DNA from: Escherichia coli
GTDB taxonomy: Bacteria; Pseudomonadota; Gammaproteobacteria; Enterobacterales; Enterobacteriaceae
Length of the DNA: 64,000 bases
NCBI RefSeq assembly: GCF_030384885.1
Contig: NZ_CP128613.1
Direction: 5' to 3' (one strand)
The first letter of the stretch is position 1. Each line of letters starts with the position of its first letter. Shown here piece after piece: positions 1 through 11,044 of this stretch. The translations under genes were made by a program, and so were the position numbers. Under the pieces are notes generated by a model. That model did not search any database and was not told the origin of the DNA. It saw nothing but the letters and a program-made list of their open reading frames with translations.

Positions 1-230
1 GCCTGGCGCATGAGTTGGCGTAGCATTAAACCGCTCTCATCAACCATGGTCAGACCCAGTTCGTCTACGTCGCGGAAATGCCGATAAAAAGAGGTGGGAG
101 CAATGCCCGCTTCACGCGCCACTTCACGCAAACTCAGGCTGGCGAAGCTGCGTTCAGCACTTAATTGGCTAAATGCGGCTTCCACCAACGAACGGCGGGT
201 TTTTTCTTTTTGTTGCGCTCTTACGCCCAT
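1..230 (-). CDS. fabR: FabR (TetR-family repressor of unsaturated fatty acid synthesis), N-terminal part only; gene runs off the window start
   Basis: Minus-strand translation from ATG at 228-230 reads [23 protein letters not shown]..., the FabR N-terminus; divergent from sthA. Confidence 0.8.
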
Positions 231-564
231 CACGATGTCTGAATCCTTGCCAAAAGTACTGCTGGCACTATACCAGAGAATGAACATACTGGATTGCTCC
301 AGTGTTGTGAATGAACCGTAACGCAATAAAACATATTTACTGCAATTCTTTGGCTGGTTCTTTTACGAACATCGGAAACCTGCCGCTTAAACGGTGAGTA
401 TTGGCGATAAAAATCCAATAAAACGTTCAAGGCAAAAGTAAGAAACAGACAAAGCAAAGGCCGCTCACGATATAGCCAGATAAATGACGGGGATCAATTG
501 GCTTACCCGCGATAAAATGTTACCATTCTGTTGCTTTTATGTATAAGAACAGGTAAGCCCTACC

Positions 565-1965
565 ATGCCACATTCCTACGATTACGATGCCATAGTAATA
601 GGTTCCGGCCCCGGCGGCGAAGGCGCTGCAATGGGCCTGGTTAAGCAAGGTGCGCGCGTCGCAGTTATCGAGCGTTATCAAAATGTTGGCGGCGGTTGCA
701 CCCACTGGGGCACCATCCCGTCGAAAGCTCTCCGTCACGCCGTCAGCCGCATTATAGAATTTAATCAAAACCCACTTTACAGCGACCATTCCCGACTGCT
801 CCGCTCTTCTTTTGCCGATATCCTTAACCATGCCGATAACGTGATTAATCAACAAACACGTATGCGTCAGGGATTTTACGAACGTAATCACTGTGAAATA
901 TTGCAGGGGAACGCTCGCTTTGTTGACGAGCATACGTTGGCGCTGGATTGCCCGGACGGCAGCGTCGAAACACTAACCGCTGAAAAATTTGTTATTGCCT
1001 GTGGTTCTCGCCCTTATCATCCAACAGATGTTGATTTCACCCATCCACGCATTTACGACAGCGACTCAATTCTTAGCATGCACCACGAACCGCGCCATGT
1101 ACTTATCTATGGTGCTGGAGTGATCGGCTGTGAATATGCGTCGATCTTCCGCGGTATGGATGTAAAAGTAGATCTGATCAATACCCGCGATCGCCTGCTG
1201 GCATTTCTCGATCAAGAGATGTCAGATTCTCTCTCCTATCACTTCTGGAACAGTGGTGTAGTGATTCGTCACAACGAAGAGTACGAGAAAATCGAAGGCT
1301 GTGACGACGGTGTGATCATGCATCTGAAGTCGGGTAAAAAACTGAAAGCTGACTGTCTGCTCTATGCCAACGGTCGCACCGGTAATACCGATTCGCTAGC
1401 GTTACAGAACATTGGGCTGGAAACTGACAGCCGCGGACAACTTAAAGTCAACAGCATGTACCAGACCGCACAGCCGCACGTTTACGCGGTGGGCGACGTG
1501 ATTGGTTATCCGAGCCTGGCGTCGGCGGCCTATGACCAGGGGCGCATTGCCGCGCAGGCGCTGGTGAAAGGCGAAGCCACCGCACATCTGATTGAAGATA
1601 TCCCTACCGGTATTTACACCATCCCGGAAATCAGCTCTGTGGGCAAAACCGAACAGCAGCTGACCGCGATGAAAGTGCCATATGAAGTGGGCCGCGCCCA
1701 GTTCAAACATCTGGCACGCGCACAAATCGTCGGCATGAACGTGGGCACGCTGAAAATTTTGTTCCATCGGGAAACAAAAGAGATTCTGGGCATTCACTGC
1801 TTTGGCGAGCGCGCTGCCGAAATTATTCATATCGGTCAGGCGATTATGGAACAGAAAGGTGGCGGCAACACTATTGAGTACTTCGTCAACACCACCTTTA
1901 ACTACCCGACGATGGCGGAAGCCTATCGGGTAGCCGCGTTAAACGGTTTAAACCGCCTGTTTTAA
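565..1965 (+). CDS. sthA: Soluble pyridine nucleotide transhydrogenase
   Basis: 466 aa ORF; FAD/NAD Rossmann motif IVIGSGPGG near N-terminus; matches SthA/UdhA as recalled. Confidence 0.95.
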
Positions 1966-2865
1966 CACTTTATCGAAATGGCCATCCATTCTTGCGCGGA
2001 TGGCCTCTGCCAGCTGCTCATAGCGGCTGCGCAGCGGTGAGCCCGGACGATAAACCAGGCCAATAGTGCGGCGTGGTTCCGGCTTAATACACGGCAAATA
2101 AACAACCCCATCGCGTTTGCGCTCCGGCGGCACAGCCAGTGCAGGCAGTAAAGTGATCCCGCTACCTGCCGCCACCATGTTGCGCAGAGTTTCCAGGCTG
2201 GTCGCGCGGAAGTGTGTATCTTCATCCGCCCCGGCTTCAAAGCAGAAACCCATTGCCTGATCGCGCAAACAGTGACCATCTTCCAGCATCAGCAGTTTTT
2301 CCCCTGCCAGATCGGCCATTGGTACGCATTCGCGGTTCGCCCACGGGTGATCTTCATAGATAGCCAGCAACATTGGCTCATCAAACAACGGCACTTCAAT
2401 GAATGCTTCGCTCTCTTTCACCAACGCGAGGATCACGCAATCGAGTTTGCCACTGTCCAGTTGCGCCAGTAACTGGTGGGTCTGTGCTTCATGCAGATAC
2501 ATTTCCAGCTTTGGAAAGGTCTGGTGCAGCATCGGGATAATATGTGGTAGCAGGTACGGTCCGACCGTGGGAATCAAACCAATATGCAGCGGCCCGGACA
2601 TTGTCTCGCCCTGCTGGCTTGCCATCTCTTTAAGGACTTTCACCTCACGCAGCACGGTACGCGCCTGATCCACCAGCAGCATTCCCGCCTGGGTGAATAA
2701 CACTTTACGGCTGGTCCGCTCCAGCAACATCACGCCCAGCTCATCTTCCAGCTTACGAATTTGCCCGCTAAGCGTCGGCTGGCTAACGTGGCAGGAATCT
2801 GCCGCACGCCGAAAATGACGGTGTTCAGCCAATGCCACCAGGTACTCAAGATCACGAATATTCAT
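1948..2865 (-). CDS. oxyR: LysR-type oxidative stress regulator OxyR
   Basis: ORF translation from internal Met reads [44 protein letters not shown] (305 aa form); 3' end overlaps sthA convergently. Confidence 0.95.
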   Translation of the reverse strand: MNIRDLEYLVALAEHRHFRRAADSCHVSQPTLSGQIRKLEDELGVMLLERTSRKVLFTQAGMLLVDQARTVLREVKVLKEMASQQGETMSGPLHIGLIPTVGPYLLPHIIPMLHQTFPKLEMYLHEAQTHQLLAQLDSGKLDCVILALVKESEAFIEVPLFDEPMLLAIYEDHPWANRECVPMADLAGEKLLMLEDGHCLRDQAMGFCFEAGADEDTHFRATSLETLRNMVAAGSGITLLPALAVPPERKRDGVVYLPCIKPEPRRTIGLVYRPGSPLRSRYEQLAEAIRARMDGHFDKVLKQAV

Positions 2866-2960
2866 TATCCATCCTCCATCGCCACGATAGTTCATGGCGA
2901 TAGGTAGAATAGCAATGAACGATTATCCCTATCAAGCATTCTGACTGATAATTGCTCACA
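2866..2960. promoter_or_regulatory. oxyR-oxyS divergent promoter region with expected OxyR operator
   Basis: Position between oxyR start codon and oxyS 5' end; operator not delineated base by base. Confidence 0.5.
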
Positions 2961-3078
2961 GAAACGGAGCGGCACCTCTTTTAACCCTTGAAGTCACTGC
3001 CCGTTTCGAGAGTTTCTCAACTCGAATAACTAAAGCCAACGTGAACTTTTGCGGATCTCCAGGATCCGCTTTTTTTTA
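2961..3078 (+). ncRNA. oxyS: OxyS small regulatory RNA
   Basis: Sequence GAAACGGAGCGGCACCTCTTTTAACCCTTGAAGTCACTGCCCGTTTCGAGAGTTTCTCAACTCG... ending in hairpin GCGGATCTCCAGGATCCGC plus T8 matches OxyS as recalled. Confidence 0.85.
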
Positions 3079-3116
3079 TTCTACAGGCCCACAGCAAGAG
3101 AGCCTGATAGTAACAG

Positions 3117-4400
3117 TTACTCAATCCGATCTTTGACAATAAAGAAGTAACACAGCGCCCCGGTGAACGTCACACAGGCCGCGATAACCAGCGCCAGATT
3201 AAACGAGTGCGTGGTATCCACTACCCAACCGGTTACGATCGGAGCAAAGGAAGCAAAAACAAAACTGCCAAAGTTTTGAATCCCGGCGATGGAAGCCACT
3301 TTTGTTTCTGACACCATCACCTGCACCAGTCCCCATGCAGATGTTCCCGCGAAATGCACGCAGAACAGCGCCATTGAGATAAACGCTACAGCCTGGGCTG
3401 GCGAGGAGGATTGCACTACCAGCAACGTGCCTAATGCCGACATCATCAAACCGCAGACAATAGCCGTTTTACGCGTCTTCGCCAGGTCGTAGCCTTTTTT
3501 CGCCAGCCGATCGACAACAATACCGTTAACCCACATCCCGACCGCCGCCGCGAGGAAAGGAATCGCCGCCACCCAACCGGTTTTCGCCAGACTGAAGCCT
3601 TGCTCGGCTTGTAAATAACCGGGTAACCACGCGATGTAGAGCCAACCGGTATAATTGACGCCAGAGAAACCTAAAATCATCCCCCAGGTTGTCCGATGCT
3701 TAAACAGCGCCAGCCACTCGCTAAATTGTAATTGTGGACGCGGTTTAACCGGCGCGGAGAGATAGGTCCGTTCTTCGTCGGTCAGGACAAACTGCGCCCG
3801 GTTGCGATACCACGCGTACCAACAGATCCCAACCAGAATCCCCGCCACGCCGATGATGACGAACATTGCCCGCCAGCCCCATGCCAGCTGCATCAATACA
3901 AGAGCAGGAGGCGCAATAGCCTGACCGATAACGGTAGATGAGTTAAAAATCCCCAGCGCCGTGCCGCGTTCTTTTTGCGCATACCAGTCGGTGATCGACT
4001 TTACTCCCGCAGGCATAAATGGCGCTTCGCCAATACCCAGACCGATACGCATTAAAATAAAGTGGCTAAAAGAATTAACCATTCCTGTTAATGCCTGCAT
4101 TAATGACCAGAATATTAAGCCTGCGCCTAAAACTATTCGTGGGCCAAAGCGGTCTAGCAAAATACCGGAAGGGAGTTGTGAAAAACCATAAGACAGAGAA
4201 AATGCAGAAAGCAAAACGCCAAATTCTGTCGCCGATAATCCTAACTCGCCACGAATCGCTTCGCCTGCCACGCTCAATGACGAACGGTCGAGGAAATTAA
4301 CGATCCCCGCCATAAATAATAAAACCAGCGTTACTGTCTGAATACGACGAATCCGTTGCGGTTTATTACCCGCAACACTGGTTGACACATCAACGTCCAT
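3117..4400 (-). CDS. MFS transporter, anion:cation symporter-like (sugar-acid/hexuronate transporter type)
   Basis: 427 aa, multiple hydrophobic helices, MFS-type motifs; sits 66 bp downstream of the dehydratase gene on the same strand. Confidence 0.8.
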   Translation of the reverse strand: MDVDVSTSVAGNKPQRIRRIQTVTLVLLFMAGIVNFLDRSSLSVAGEAIRGELGLSATEFGVLLSAFSLSYGFSQLPSGILLDRFGPRIVLGAGLIFWSLMQALTGMVNSFSHFILMRIGLGIGEAPFMPAGVKSITDWYAQKERGTALGIFNSSTVIGQAIAPPALVLMQLAWGWRAMFVIIGVAGILVGICWYAWYRNRAQFVLTDEERTYLSAPVKPRPQLQFSEWLALFKHRTTWGMILGFSGVNYTGWLYIAWLPGYLQAEQGFSLAKTGWVAAIPFLAAAVGMWVNGIVVDRLAKKGYDLAKTRKTAIVCGLMMSALGTLLVVQSSSPAQAVAFISMALFCVHFAGTSAWGLVQVMVSETKVASIAGIQNFGSFVFASFAPIVTGWVVDTTHSFNLALVIAACVTFTGALCYFFIVKDRIE

Positions 4401-4466
4401 TTTTAGCTCCTTGAGCGGAATTAATCGATTTGCTGACTATTCAGAAAATAATTAAGCGAACCGTTA

Positions 4467-5681
4467 TTACCAGTTCCACAATGTGCCATCTTCCAGTCGT
4501 GCGACGGGGAGATACGCCGGGTCATACGGATATTTCGCCGCCAGTTTCTCATCGAAAGAAATACCCAGCCCCGGTTCATCGCCTGGGTGCATATAACCTT
4601 CATCGAAGCGCCAGCTGTGCGGGAAGACTTCAAGCATTTGTTCGGAATAGCCCATGTACTCCTGAACACCAAAGTTTGGCACCCAGAGGTCAAAATGCAG
4701 CGCCGCCGCATGACAAACAGGCGATAAATCTGAAGGGCCATGCGAACCGGTACGTACCTGATAAAGCGATGCAAAATCGGCAATCCGTCGCATCCCGGTA
4801 ATGCCGCCTGCATGGGTAATCGTCGTGCGAATATAGTCAATCAGCTGCTCTTCGATTAACTGCTTGCAGTCCCAGATACTGTTAAACACTTCACCGACCG
4901 CAATCGGCGTCACAGTATGCTGGCGAATCAGACGAAAACATTCCTGGTTCTCGGCAGGCGTCGGATCTTCCATCCAGAACAGGCGGTAATCCTCTATGCT
5001 CTTCCCAAAGCGTGCCGCTTCGATAGGAGTCAGGCGATGGTGCATGTCATGCAACAGATGTTCGTTAAAACCGAACTTATTACGCACCGCTTCAAATAAC
5101 TTCGGTGTAAAATCGAGATACTTTTCTGAAGACCACAAATGCTCTTCCGGCCACAGGCCTTTGGTTGCCGGTTCATACGCCAGTCCTTTGCCCTTCGCCA
5201 GGCCATAAGTGGTTTGCATACCCGGTACACCGCACTGCACACGAATCGCCTTAAAGCCCATCTGCTGGTGCTTTGCATAGTCTTCAAGGACTTCATCAAT
5301 CGTGCGCCCGGTGGTGTGGCAATAAACCATCACGCCTTCACGAGAAGCCCCACCAAGCAGTTGATACAATGGCATATTTGCCGCTTTGGCTTTGATATCC
5401 CACAACGCCATATCAATGGCAGAAATGGCCGACATCGTGACGGGGCCACGTCGCCAGTAAGCACCTTTATAAAAGAATTGCCAGATATCTTCAATACGGC
5501 TGGCATCGCGGCCAATTAATTGTGGACAAAGATGATCTTTCAGATAAGAAGCGACCGACAATTCGCGACCATTTAATGTGGCATCTCCCAATCCACAAAG
5601 TCCGCTTGCAGTGGTTATTTTAAGCGTAACGAAATTACGTCCTGGGCAAGTAACAAAAACATCTGCAGCAATAATTTTCAT
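4467..5681 (-). CDS. Enolase-superfamily sugar-acid dehydratase (mannonate dehydratase / RspA-like)
   Basis: Translation [59 protein letters not shown]...; start set at ATG 5679-5681 preceded by AGGAGA; the track ORF extends upstream to 5741. Confidence 0.85.
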   Translation of the reverse strand: MKIIAADVFVTCPGRNFVTLKITTASGLCGLGDATLNGRELSVASYLKDHLCPQLIGRDASRIEDIWQFFYKGAYWRRGPVTMSAISAIDMALWDIKAKAANMPLYQLLGGASREGVMVYCHTTGRTIDEVLEDYAKHQQMGFKAIRVQCGVPGMQTTYGLAKGKGLAYEPATKGLWPEEHLWSSEKYLDFTPKLFEAVRNKFGFNEHLLHDMHHRLTPIEAARFGKSIEDYRLFWMEDPTPAENQECFRLIRQHTVTPIAVGEVFNSIWDCKQLIEEQLIDYIRTTITHAGGITGMRRIADFASLYQVRTGSHGPSDLSPVCHAAALHFDLWVPNFGVQEYMGYSEQMLEVFPHSWRFDEGYMHPGDEPGLGISFDEKLAAKYPYDPAYLPVARLEDGTLWNW

Positions 5682-5805
5682 TATTGCAATCTCCTGTGTT
5701 GTAAATAGACGCTTCAAACTTAATTTTACGCCTACTACCATACAAGAGAGAAAGAGCGATTATTCAACCGTGATCACATTAAAAATAAAAATTTCCGCCG
5801 AGGAG

Positions 5806-5815
5806 CCCCCCCCCC
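5806..5815. repeat. Homopolymeric C10 (G10 on coding strand) tract ~125 nt upstream of the dehydratase start
   Basis: Ten consecutive C read directly at 5806-5815. Confidence 0.9.
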
Positions 5816-6165
5816 TCAAAAACCACCTGAATAATTAACCATCATCGTTAAAACAACACGTTAAATAATCACATAACAAACTCCATTAATCATTAAAAAT
5901 GAGCGCAGCAATAGAAATGAATTATATTCAATTAATTAAAATATGTATTGATTGATGTATTGAAAATATGATTTTCATGGGGAGAGTGAAGGTAAAGAAG
6001 ACGCAAGAATAAAAAGGAATATGACAAATAATAGTTCTGGTTGGGCGTTAAATTTAAGGTCACCAGAATGCTGACAAATTTCTGCCTGAGGCAGTCCGCC
6101 TACGTAGTGTCGCTACTTTATAGGCGTGGTAAGCTCCCCATTTTCAGGGGAGCAATATAAACCAA

Positions 6166-7539
6166 TTACCCCAACCGCGCCTGCGCAAAAGCAATCGCCT
6201 GCGCCACCTGCTGCGGTGAGACGCCGCCTTTTGCCGCACGCTTGTCGAGGCACGATTGCAGCGACAGAATCGGATAGACATCTTCGCCAATCACCTGACT
6301 GAATTTCTGCAACTCACTGAGCGGCAGTTCTTCCAGCGGTTTGCCCTGACGAATGGCTTCCACCACCGCTTCACCCACAATATGATGCGCCTCGCGGAAA
6401 GGTACGCCTTTCGCCACCAGGTAATCCGCCAGTTCAGTGGCGTTGGCGTAACCCTGCTGAGCCGCTTCCTGGCAACGCGGACGTTTCACCTGAATCCCGT
6501 CCAGCACCAGCGCCGCCATATGCAGGCAGTCCAGCCAGGTATCGAGCGCGTCGAACAGACCTTCTTTATCTTCCTGCATATCTTTGTTATAGGCCAGCGG
6601 CAGACCTTTCAGCGTCATCATCATGCCGGTCAACGCGCCCTGAACACGACCGCATTTACCCCGAATCAGCTCCAGCGCATCCGGGTTTTTCTTCTGCGGC
6701 ATTAATGATGAACCGGAAGTAACACGATCAGAAAGCTCCACAAAACCCGCTTCGCCGGTGTTAAAGAAAATCAGATCTTCGGCAAAACGCGACAAATGCA
6801 CCATACCGATAGCGGCGGCAGAAAGCAGTTCCAGCACGTGGTCGCGGTCAGAAACGCTGTCGAGACTGTTACGGGTCGCCGAGGCAAAGCCCAGCCAGCC
6901 TGCTAACTGTTCACGGTCGATTTCATAGGCCGTTCCCGCCAGTGCGCCACAGCCTAACGGGCTGACATCCAGACGCTTAAGCGCATCCTGCAAACGGCTT
7001 TCATCACGCGCCAGCATCTCAACATAGGCCAGGCACCAGTGCGCAAACGTCACCGGCTGGGCGCGTTGCAGGTGAGTGTAACCAGGCATTACCGCGTCCT
7101 GATTATTCTGCGCGGTCTCGACCAGAGCGGATTGTAACTGTCGGTTAGCCGTCAGCAACTCGCTAACGGTATCCTTGCACCACAGTTTCAGGTCAGTCGC
7201 TACCTGATCATTACGGCTACGCCCGGTATGCAATTTTTTGCCTAACTGGCCCACTTTGTCGATCAGTTTGCCTTCCACCCAGCTATGGATATCTTCGGCG
7301 TCGCTTTCAAGAATTTGTTGTGGCCTGGCGCGAACATCTTCCAGCAGCACATTGAGCGCCTCTTCCAGTTGCACCTGTTCTTCTGCGGTTAACACGCCTA
7401 CCGTTACCAGCGCTTTGGACCAGGCCACAGAGCCAACAATATCCTGCTCCGCCAGACGGTAATCAAAGCGCAGTGAGTCGTTGAATTGTTTAAACCGTTG
7501 ATCTGCTGCCTGGGTAAAACGCCCGCCCCAAAGTGCCAT
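6166..7539 (-). CDS. argH: Argininosuccinate lyase
   Basis: 457 aa, [37 protein letters not shown]...; lyase signature [12 protein letters not shown]. Confidence 0.95.
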   Translation of the reverse strand: MALWGGRFTQAADQRFKQFNDSLRFDYRLAEQDIVGSVAWSKALVTVGVLTAEEQVQLEEALNVLLEDVRARPQQILESDAEDIHSWVEGKLIDKVGQLGKKLHTGRSRNDQVATDLKLWCKDTVSELLTANRQLQSALVETAQNNQDAVMPGYTHLQRAQPVTFAHWCLAYVEMLARDESRLQDALKRLDVSPLGCGALAGTAYEIDREQLAGWLGFASATRNSLDSVSDRDHVLELLSAAAIGMVHLSRFAEDLIFFNTGEAGFVELSDRVTSGSSLMPQKKNPDALELIRGKCGRVQGALTGMMMTLKGLPLAYNKDMQEDKEGLFDALDTWLDCLHMAALVLDGIQVKRPRCQEAAQQGYANATELADYLVAKGVPFREAHHIVGEAVVEAIRQGKPLEELPLSELQKFSQVIGEDVYPILSLQSCLDKRAAKGGVSPQQVAQAIAFAQARLG

Positions 7540-7599
7540 AACTCTGTTTCCTTATTTTGAAATTCAATGCCAGAAAGCTACGTCTCCGGCCAACAAAAC

Positions 7600-8376
7600 T
7601 TAAGCTAAAATCCGCGTACCCATCGGCATACCGTTAAACAGTGCCGGAAGCTGTTCCGCATGACGCCAGGAGGCAATATCTACCGGGCGACCCAGCGTGC
7701 GCGCAGCGTCCAGCGCCGCGTTCACTTTCACTATCATGCCGTCAGTAATAATGCCCTGCTCAATCAGTTGTTCTGCTTTCGCTGCGGTCATTTCGGCAAT
7801 ACGTTGCCCTTTGCCGTCGAGAATACCGCTGACATCAGAGAGCAAAATCAGATCCGCGCCCAGCGTTGCCGCCAGCGCCGTCGCCGCCTGGTCAGCATTG
7901 ACGTTCATCAGTTGCCCTTCGTCCGTTACGCCAATGGAGCTGACCACTGGTAGATAACCGTTTTCCAGCAACGTGTTGATAAGCTTAGGCGAACCTGGCT
8001 GCGCCAGTCCAACATGGCCTAACTCTTCATCGAGCTGGGTCACTTTTACGCTGTCGCCGTCACCGAGAAACAAACCTACGGCTGCAATCTGATGTTTCTT
8101 CGCCCATGCCAGCAGGGTTTTATTTGCCGTTCCCGCCAGCGCTCCGGTGATAATGTCTATCTGATCCGCAGGCGTCACCCGCAGGCCGTTTTTCTTTTTC
8201 ACCGGCAGATTCAGTCCTTTCATCAGCTCATCCACCACGCAGCCGCCGCCGTGGACAATCACCAGCGGACGCTGATGTGACTCGCGATAATTCACCAGGG
8301 CGCTAAACAGACGTTCCAGCGCCTCTTCACTATCCAGCAGTACGCCGCCCAGTTTGATAATTAATGGATTCATCAT
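7600..8376 (-). CDS. argB: N-acetylglutamate kinase
   Basis: [14 protein letters not shown]... amino-acid kinase family; start set at internal Met giving 258 aa. Confidence 0.9.
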   Translation of the reverse strand: MMNPLIIKLGGVLLDSEEALERLFSALVNYRESHQRPLVIVHGGGCVVDELMKGLNLPVKKKNGLRVTPADQIDIITGALAGTANKTLLAWAKKHQIAAVGLFLGDGDSVKVTQLDEELGHVGLAQPGSPKLINTLLENGYLPVVSSIGVTDEGQLMNVNADQAATALAATLGADLILLSDVSGILDGKGQRIAEMTAAKAEQLIEQGIITDGMIVKVNAALDAARTLGRPVDIASWRHAEQLPALFNGMPMGTRILA

Positions 8377-8383
8377 TGCACCC

Positions 8384-9388
8384 CTAAATAAGAGACTGCG
8401 TTTCCGCATAGCCGAAACGAATATTGGCGCACTGTACCGCTTGTGCTGCCGCGCCTTTCAATAAGTTGTCTTCGGTCGCCACAATAATCAGATGTTCCCC
8501 CTGAACGGCAAAACCGATATCGCAGAACGGCAGCCCGACGACATTTTTCAGCGCCGGAACGCCTTTGTCATACAACCGTACCAGCGGTTTATGGGCATAC
8601 GCCTGCTGTAACGCTTGCGCGACTTGCGCCTGGTTCACGCCAGGCTTCAGGCGGCAGGTAATGGTTTCGAGAATGCCGCGCGGGAAATTGCCCAGATGCG
8701 GGGTAAAAATAACGTCAGCACCGAGATGCGTGGCGATCTCCGGCTGGTGGCGATGGGTAAAGACACCATACGGTTGCAGGCTAACTTCACAAAAACTATT
8801 TGAAATCGCTGCCTTACGTCCTGCTCCGCTCACACCACTGGTGGCGTTGATAACCGGCCACTGATTGAGGTCAAGAAGATCGGCATCAATCAACGGTTTC
8901 AGCGCCAATTGCGCCGCCGTCGGATAACAGCCAGGCACCGCAATTAAGTTCGCTTCTTTTAATTTATGACCGCACCACTCCGCCAGACCGTAAGCTGCCT
9001 GTTCCAACAGTTCCGGGTATTGATGGCTAAAGCCGTAATATTTTTCATAGAAGGTGGCGTCGTTAACACGAAACGCGCCGGAAAGGTCGAACACCACACA
9101 GCCCGCTTCAAGAAATTGTGGCGCTAAATCGTGACTAACTTCATGGGCAGTAGCAAGAAACACCACGTCCACCCCTGGGCTAAACTCACTGATATCCGAC
9201 ATCGGCTGCAACGGCAGATCAACGATGCCTTTTAGCTGCGGATGCAAATCGGAGATTAACTTTCCCGCATCATTGCTTTGCGCTGAAACAGTCAAAGCGG
9301 TTATGTTCATATGCGGATGGCGATTTACATAGGTCACTAGCTCTGCGCCAGCGTAACCGCTGGCACCCACAATCAGCGTATTCAACAT
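8384..9388 (-). CDS. argC: N-acetyl-gamma-glutamyl-phosphate reductase
   Basis: 334 aa, [43 protein letters not shown]... Confidence 0.95.
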   Translation of the reverse strand: MLNTLIVGASGYAGAELVTYVNRHPHMNITALTVSAQSNDAGKLISDLHPQLKGIVDLPLQPMSDISEFSPGVDVVFLATAHEVSHDLAPQFLEAGCVVFDLSGAFRVNDATFYEKYYGFSHQYPELLEQAAYGLAEWCGHKLKEANLIAVPGCYPTAAQLALKPLIDADLLDLNQWPVINATSGVSGAGRKAAISNSFCEVSLQPYGVFTHRHQPEIATHLGADVIFTPHLGNFPRGILETITCRLKPGVNQAQVAQALQQAYAHKPLVRLYDKGVPALKNVVGLPFCDIGFAVQGEHLIIVATEDNLLKGAAAQAVQCANIRFGYAETQSLI

Positions 9389-9541
9389 CGGGGCTATTCA
9401 CCTTCTTATGTCTGGTTGCCTGGTTAAACGTAAAACATTCACCTTACGGCTGGTGGGTTTTATTACGCTCAACGTTAGTGTATTTTTATTCACAAATACT
9501 GCATGAATATTGATACTATCATGACCAGAGGTGTGTCAACA
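9389..9541. promoter_or_regulatory. argE / argCBH divergent control region with ARG-box-like repeats
   Basis: AT-rich imperfect palindromes (tgtatttttattcacaaatactgcatgaatattgatact) between the divergent argC and argE starts. Confidence 0.6.
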
Positions 9542-10693
9542 ATGAAAAACAAATTACCGCCATTTATCGAGATTTACCGTGCTCTGATTGCCACACCTTC
9601 AATAAGCGCCACGGAAGAGGCACTCGATCAAAGCAATGCAGATTTAATCACTCTGCTGGCGGACTGGTTTAAAGATTTGGGCTTCAATGTGGAAGTGCAG
9701 CCCGTGCCGGGAACTCGCAACAAATTTAATATGCTGGCAAGTACCGGACAGGGAGCTGGCGGTTTGCTGCTGGCGGGGCATACCGATACGGTGCCATTTG
9801 ATGACGGCCGCTGGACGCGCGATCCGTTTACGCTGACGGAGCATGACGGCAAGCTTTACGGCTTAGGCACCGCCGACATGAAAGGCTTTTTTGCGTTTAT
9901 CCTCGATGCACTACGCGATGTCGACGTCACGAAACTGAAAAAACCGCTCTACATTCTGGCGACTGCCGATGAAGAGACCAGTATGGCAGGAGCGCGTTAT
10001 TTTGCCGAAACTACCGCCCTGCGCCCGGATTGCGCCATCATTGGCGAACCGACGTCGCTGCAACCGGTACGCGCGCATAAAGGCCATATCTCGAACGCCA
10101 TCCGTATTCAGGGCCAGTCGGGGCACTCCAGCGATCCAGCACGCGGAGTTAACGCGATCGAATTGATGCACGACGCCATCGGGCATATTTTGCAATTGCG
10201 CGATAATCTGAAAGAACGTTATCACTACGAAGCATTTACCGTGCCATACCCTACGCTCAACCTCGGGCATATTCACGGTGGCGATGCATCTAACCGTATT
10301 TGCGCTTGCTGTGAGTTGCATATGGATATTCGTCCGTTGCCAGGCATGACACTCAATGAACTTAATGGTTTGCTCAACGATGCATTGGCTCCGGTGAGCG
10401 AACGCTGGCCGGGTCGTCTGACGGTCGACGAGCTGCATCCACCGATCCCTGGCTATGAATGCCCACCGAATCATCAACTGGTTGAAGTGGTTGAGAAATT
10501 GCTCGGAGCAAAGACCGAAGTAGTGAACTACTGTACCGAAGCGCCGTTTATTCAGACGTTATGCCCGACGCTGGTGCTGGGACCTGGCTCAATTAATCAG
10601 GCTCATCAGCCTGATGAATACCTGGAGACACGGTTTATCAAGCCCACCCGCGAACTGATCACCCAGGTGATTCACCATTTCTGCTGGCATTAA
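9542..10693 (+). CDS. argE: Acetylornithine deacetylase
   Basis: [23 protein letters not shown]... M20 peptidase family; start at ATG 9542 giving 383 aa. Confidence 0.9.
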   Translation: MKNKLPPFIEIYRALIATPSISATEEALDQSNADLITLLADWFKDLGFNVEVQPVPGTRNKFNMLASTGQGAGGLLLAGHTDTVPFDDGRWTRDPFTLTEHDGKLYGLGTADMKGFFAFILDALRDVDVTKLKKPLYILATADEETSMAGARYFAETTALRPDCAIIGEPTSLQPVRAHKGHISNAIRIQGQSGHSSDPARGVNAIELMHDAIGHILQLRDNLKERYHYEAFTVPYPTLNLGHIHGGDASNRICACCELHMDIRPLPGMTLNELNGLLNDALAPVSERWPGRLTVDELHPPIPGYECPPNHQLVEVVEKLLGAKTEVVNYCTEAPFIQTLCPTLVLGPGSINQAHQPDEYLETRFIKPTRELITQVIHHFCWH

Positions 10694-10695
10694 AA

Positions 10696-10796
10696 CGTAG
10701 TCCGGATAAGGCGCTCGCGCCGCATCCGGCACTGTTGCCAAACTCCAGCACCGCAATAATGTCGGATGCGATGCTTGCGCATCTTATCCGACCTAC
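10696..10796. repeat. REP/BIME-type palindromic units (two, inverted)
   Basis: gtagtccggataaggcgctcgcgccgcatccggca and gtcggatgcgatgcttgcgcatcttatccgacctac. Confidence 0.6.
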
Positions 10797-11044
10797 ACCT
10801 TTGGTGTTACTCAAGGCGATTTTTTAACATTTCCATAAGTTACGCTTATTTAAAGCGTCGTGAATTTAATGGCGTAAATTCCTGCTATTTATTCGTTTGC
10901 TGAAGCGATTTCGCAGCATTTGACGTCATCGCTTTTACGTGGCTTTATAAAAGACGACGAAAAGCAAAGCCCGAGCATATTCGCGCCAATGCGACGTGAA
11001 GGATACAGGGCTATCAAACGATAAGATGGGGTGTCTGGGGTAAT

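Noticed and set aside
94-457. Two 75-aa ORFs at the window start
   Set aside because: One is antisense to the fabR N-terminus and the other lies in the fabR-sthA intergenic region with no RBS or recognisable fold; most likely spurious.
4421-4840. Overlapping ORFs of 123-139 aa on both strands near the 3' end of the dehydratase gene
   Set aside because: They overlap the well-supported dehydratase coding region in alternative frames; no RBS or family resemblance.
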